In this document: positions 62,839 to 64,000 of the stretch, in pieces
How positions within the stretch are numbered: the stretch's first letter is position 1
Layout of the letters: each line of letters begins with the position of its first letter
Assembly (NCBI GenBank): GCA_964252035.1
Contig: OZ176202.1
Direction: 5' to 3' (one strand)
Length of the DNA stretch: 64,000 nucleotides
Origin: Podarcis erhardii
Taxonomy: Eukaryota
Position numbers and translations under genes: made by a program
The notes under the pieces: generated by a model
What the model saw: the letters and a program-made list of their open reading frames with translations, nothing else
Database searches by the model: none
Told to the model about the DNA's origin: nothing

Positions 62839-64000
62839 CTATAAAGGAAAAGAAAAGGAGTAAATTAGTGTGTGAAAATGCTACCTGTCCTTTAGAAAGA
62901 GGACATGAAAATATTTTGTTTGTTCAGTGTAAAATACATACAGTGTAAAATACATGCATTTTTCCTAGAAATGCCTTCTCTAAATCATTCTTTTTTAAAC
63001 ATCAGAAGCATTATGAGCCTTTGCTGTTGTTTTTTGTCATTCATATATGCTTGACATATGAATTACTAACAATGGGCAAATTAATCTCACAAGGCCGGCT
63101 CCTACTGAAAGGACCAGTTTAGTTTGCCAAACCTGCAATCTAAAGACCTGAAAAATCCAATCCAGCTGTGCTTACCAAGTCTGCCAAACATGCAGGAGTT
63201 GCTGCCAAACCAAGAGACATAAACAAGCAACGCTGTCAGGAAAAGCACTGAAGGTTCTAATCTCGCACTGACCAGAAACATAACCCAAAAGGCTACAAAC
63301 AAAAATGGGTATTGGGGGTTTTTTAGTACAGTATAGTACTTAAGGTATGAAAGTGAGTGAGACTGATTGTGGGCATGTATGGCATCTAAAAAGATGGGTG
63401 TCTTAAGGGTTATTGTTACATTTTAATCTCCTGACAATTTTAACACTGAAATACACGAGAGCAGCTTTGAAATGTACTAGAACAGCTATAGTACTGCAAC
63501 TTGCTGGAGCATCCTGGGAGCAGTGCTCTGCTCACAGAAACTCTGGAACCAACACAATGCATAATAATTTATCAATGTGTTACTCACAAGACCAACAACA
63601 TAGGCCAGAATCCAAAGAGCCATGCAGCTACTTCTGTGACCTCATGGAAAGTGAACTTTTAAATTAAACAGTTCCCTCTAATGGAACTTGAAAATTACAG
63701 AGGCAGTTTATGACAGCATCACAATCTTCAGCTCCAAGTCAACATTTCTATTTGGTTAGCTCAAGTCCACAGGCTTTGCTGAAAGTAGCTCTTTGGGTCA
63801 CAAATTATAAAGTGTTTTTTTTTAAAAAAAACAACAACAACAAACCACTTCTACAAATTGTGTCCTTTATGCATCTTCAAAATATTCAGTAAAAGCAGTC
63901 ACCCTAAATGACCCCATAAGAATTGGCCAATTTGAGAGTTCACACAAGCAATTTATGTTTCCTGCCTGGAGACCATCTGAACATAACTGCTAACTGTTTG

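Noticed and set aside
62840-64000. STRN exons 1-2 and promoter
   Set aside because: No AQIAFLQGERKGQENLKKDL-coding sequence or CpG island in the window; these lie beyond position 64000.

Overview
Vertebrate genomic DNA. The repeat content (Sauria SINE, Squam-type tRNA SINEs, BovB, L2, hAT MITEs) points to a squamate, probably a lacertid lizard (inference). Two convergent protein-coding genes were reconstructed by hand from splice sites and phases. VIT (vitrin, + strand): 13 coding exons from the end of the LCCL domain through the Thr-rich linker and both VWA domains to the stop at 20744; 1861 nt, frame-consistent. STRN (striatin, - strand): 16 coding exons equivalent to exons 3-18, from 62838 to the stop at 31321; 2005 nt, frame-consistent, with a probably multi-kb 3' UTR running toward VIT. 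The 5' ends of both genes lie outside the window. The rest is intron, UTR and transposon debris, with one 136-nt N gap. There is no prokaryotic system, CRISPR array or genuine RNA gene. The most unusual observations concern VIT splicing: an L2 retroelement tail that forms a VIT splice acceptor and is also in frame and stop-free from an upstream AG; a GC-AG donor competing with a GT donor that would create a junction stop codon, next to a (GT)23 tract; and a three-layer SINE>L2>hAT nest. Exon numbers and human comparisons are from memory and were not verified by a search.
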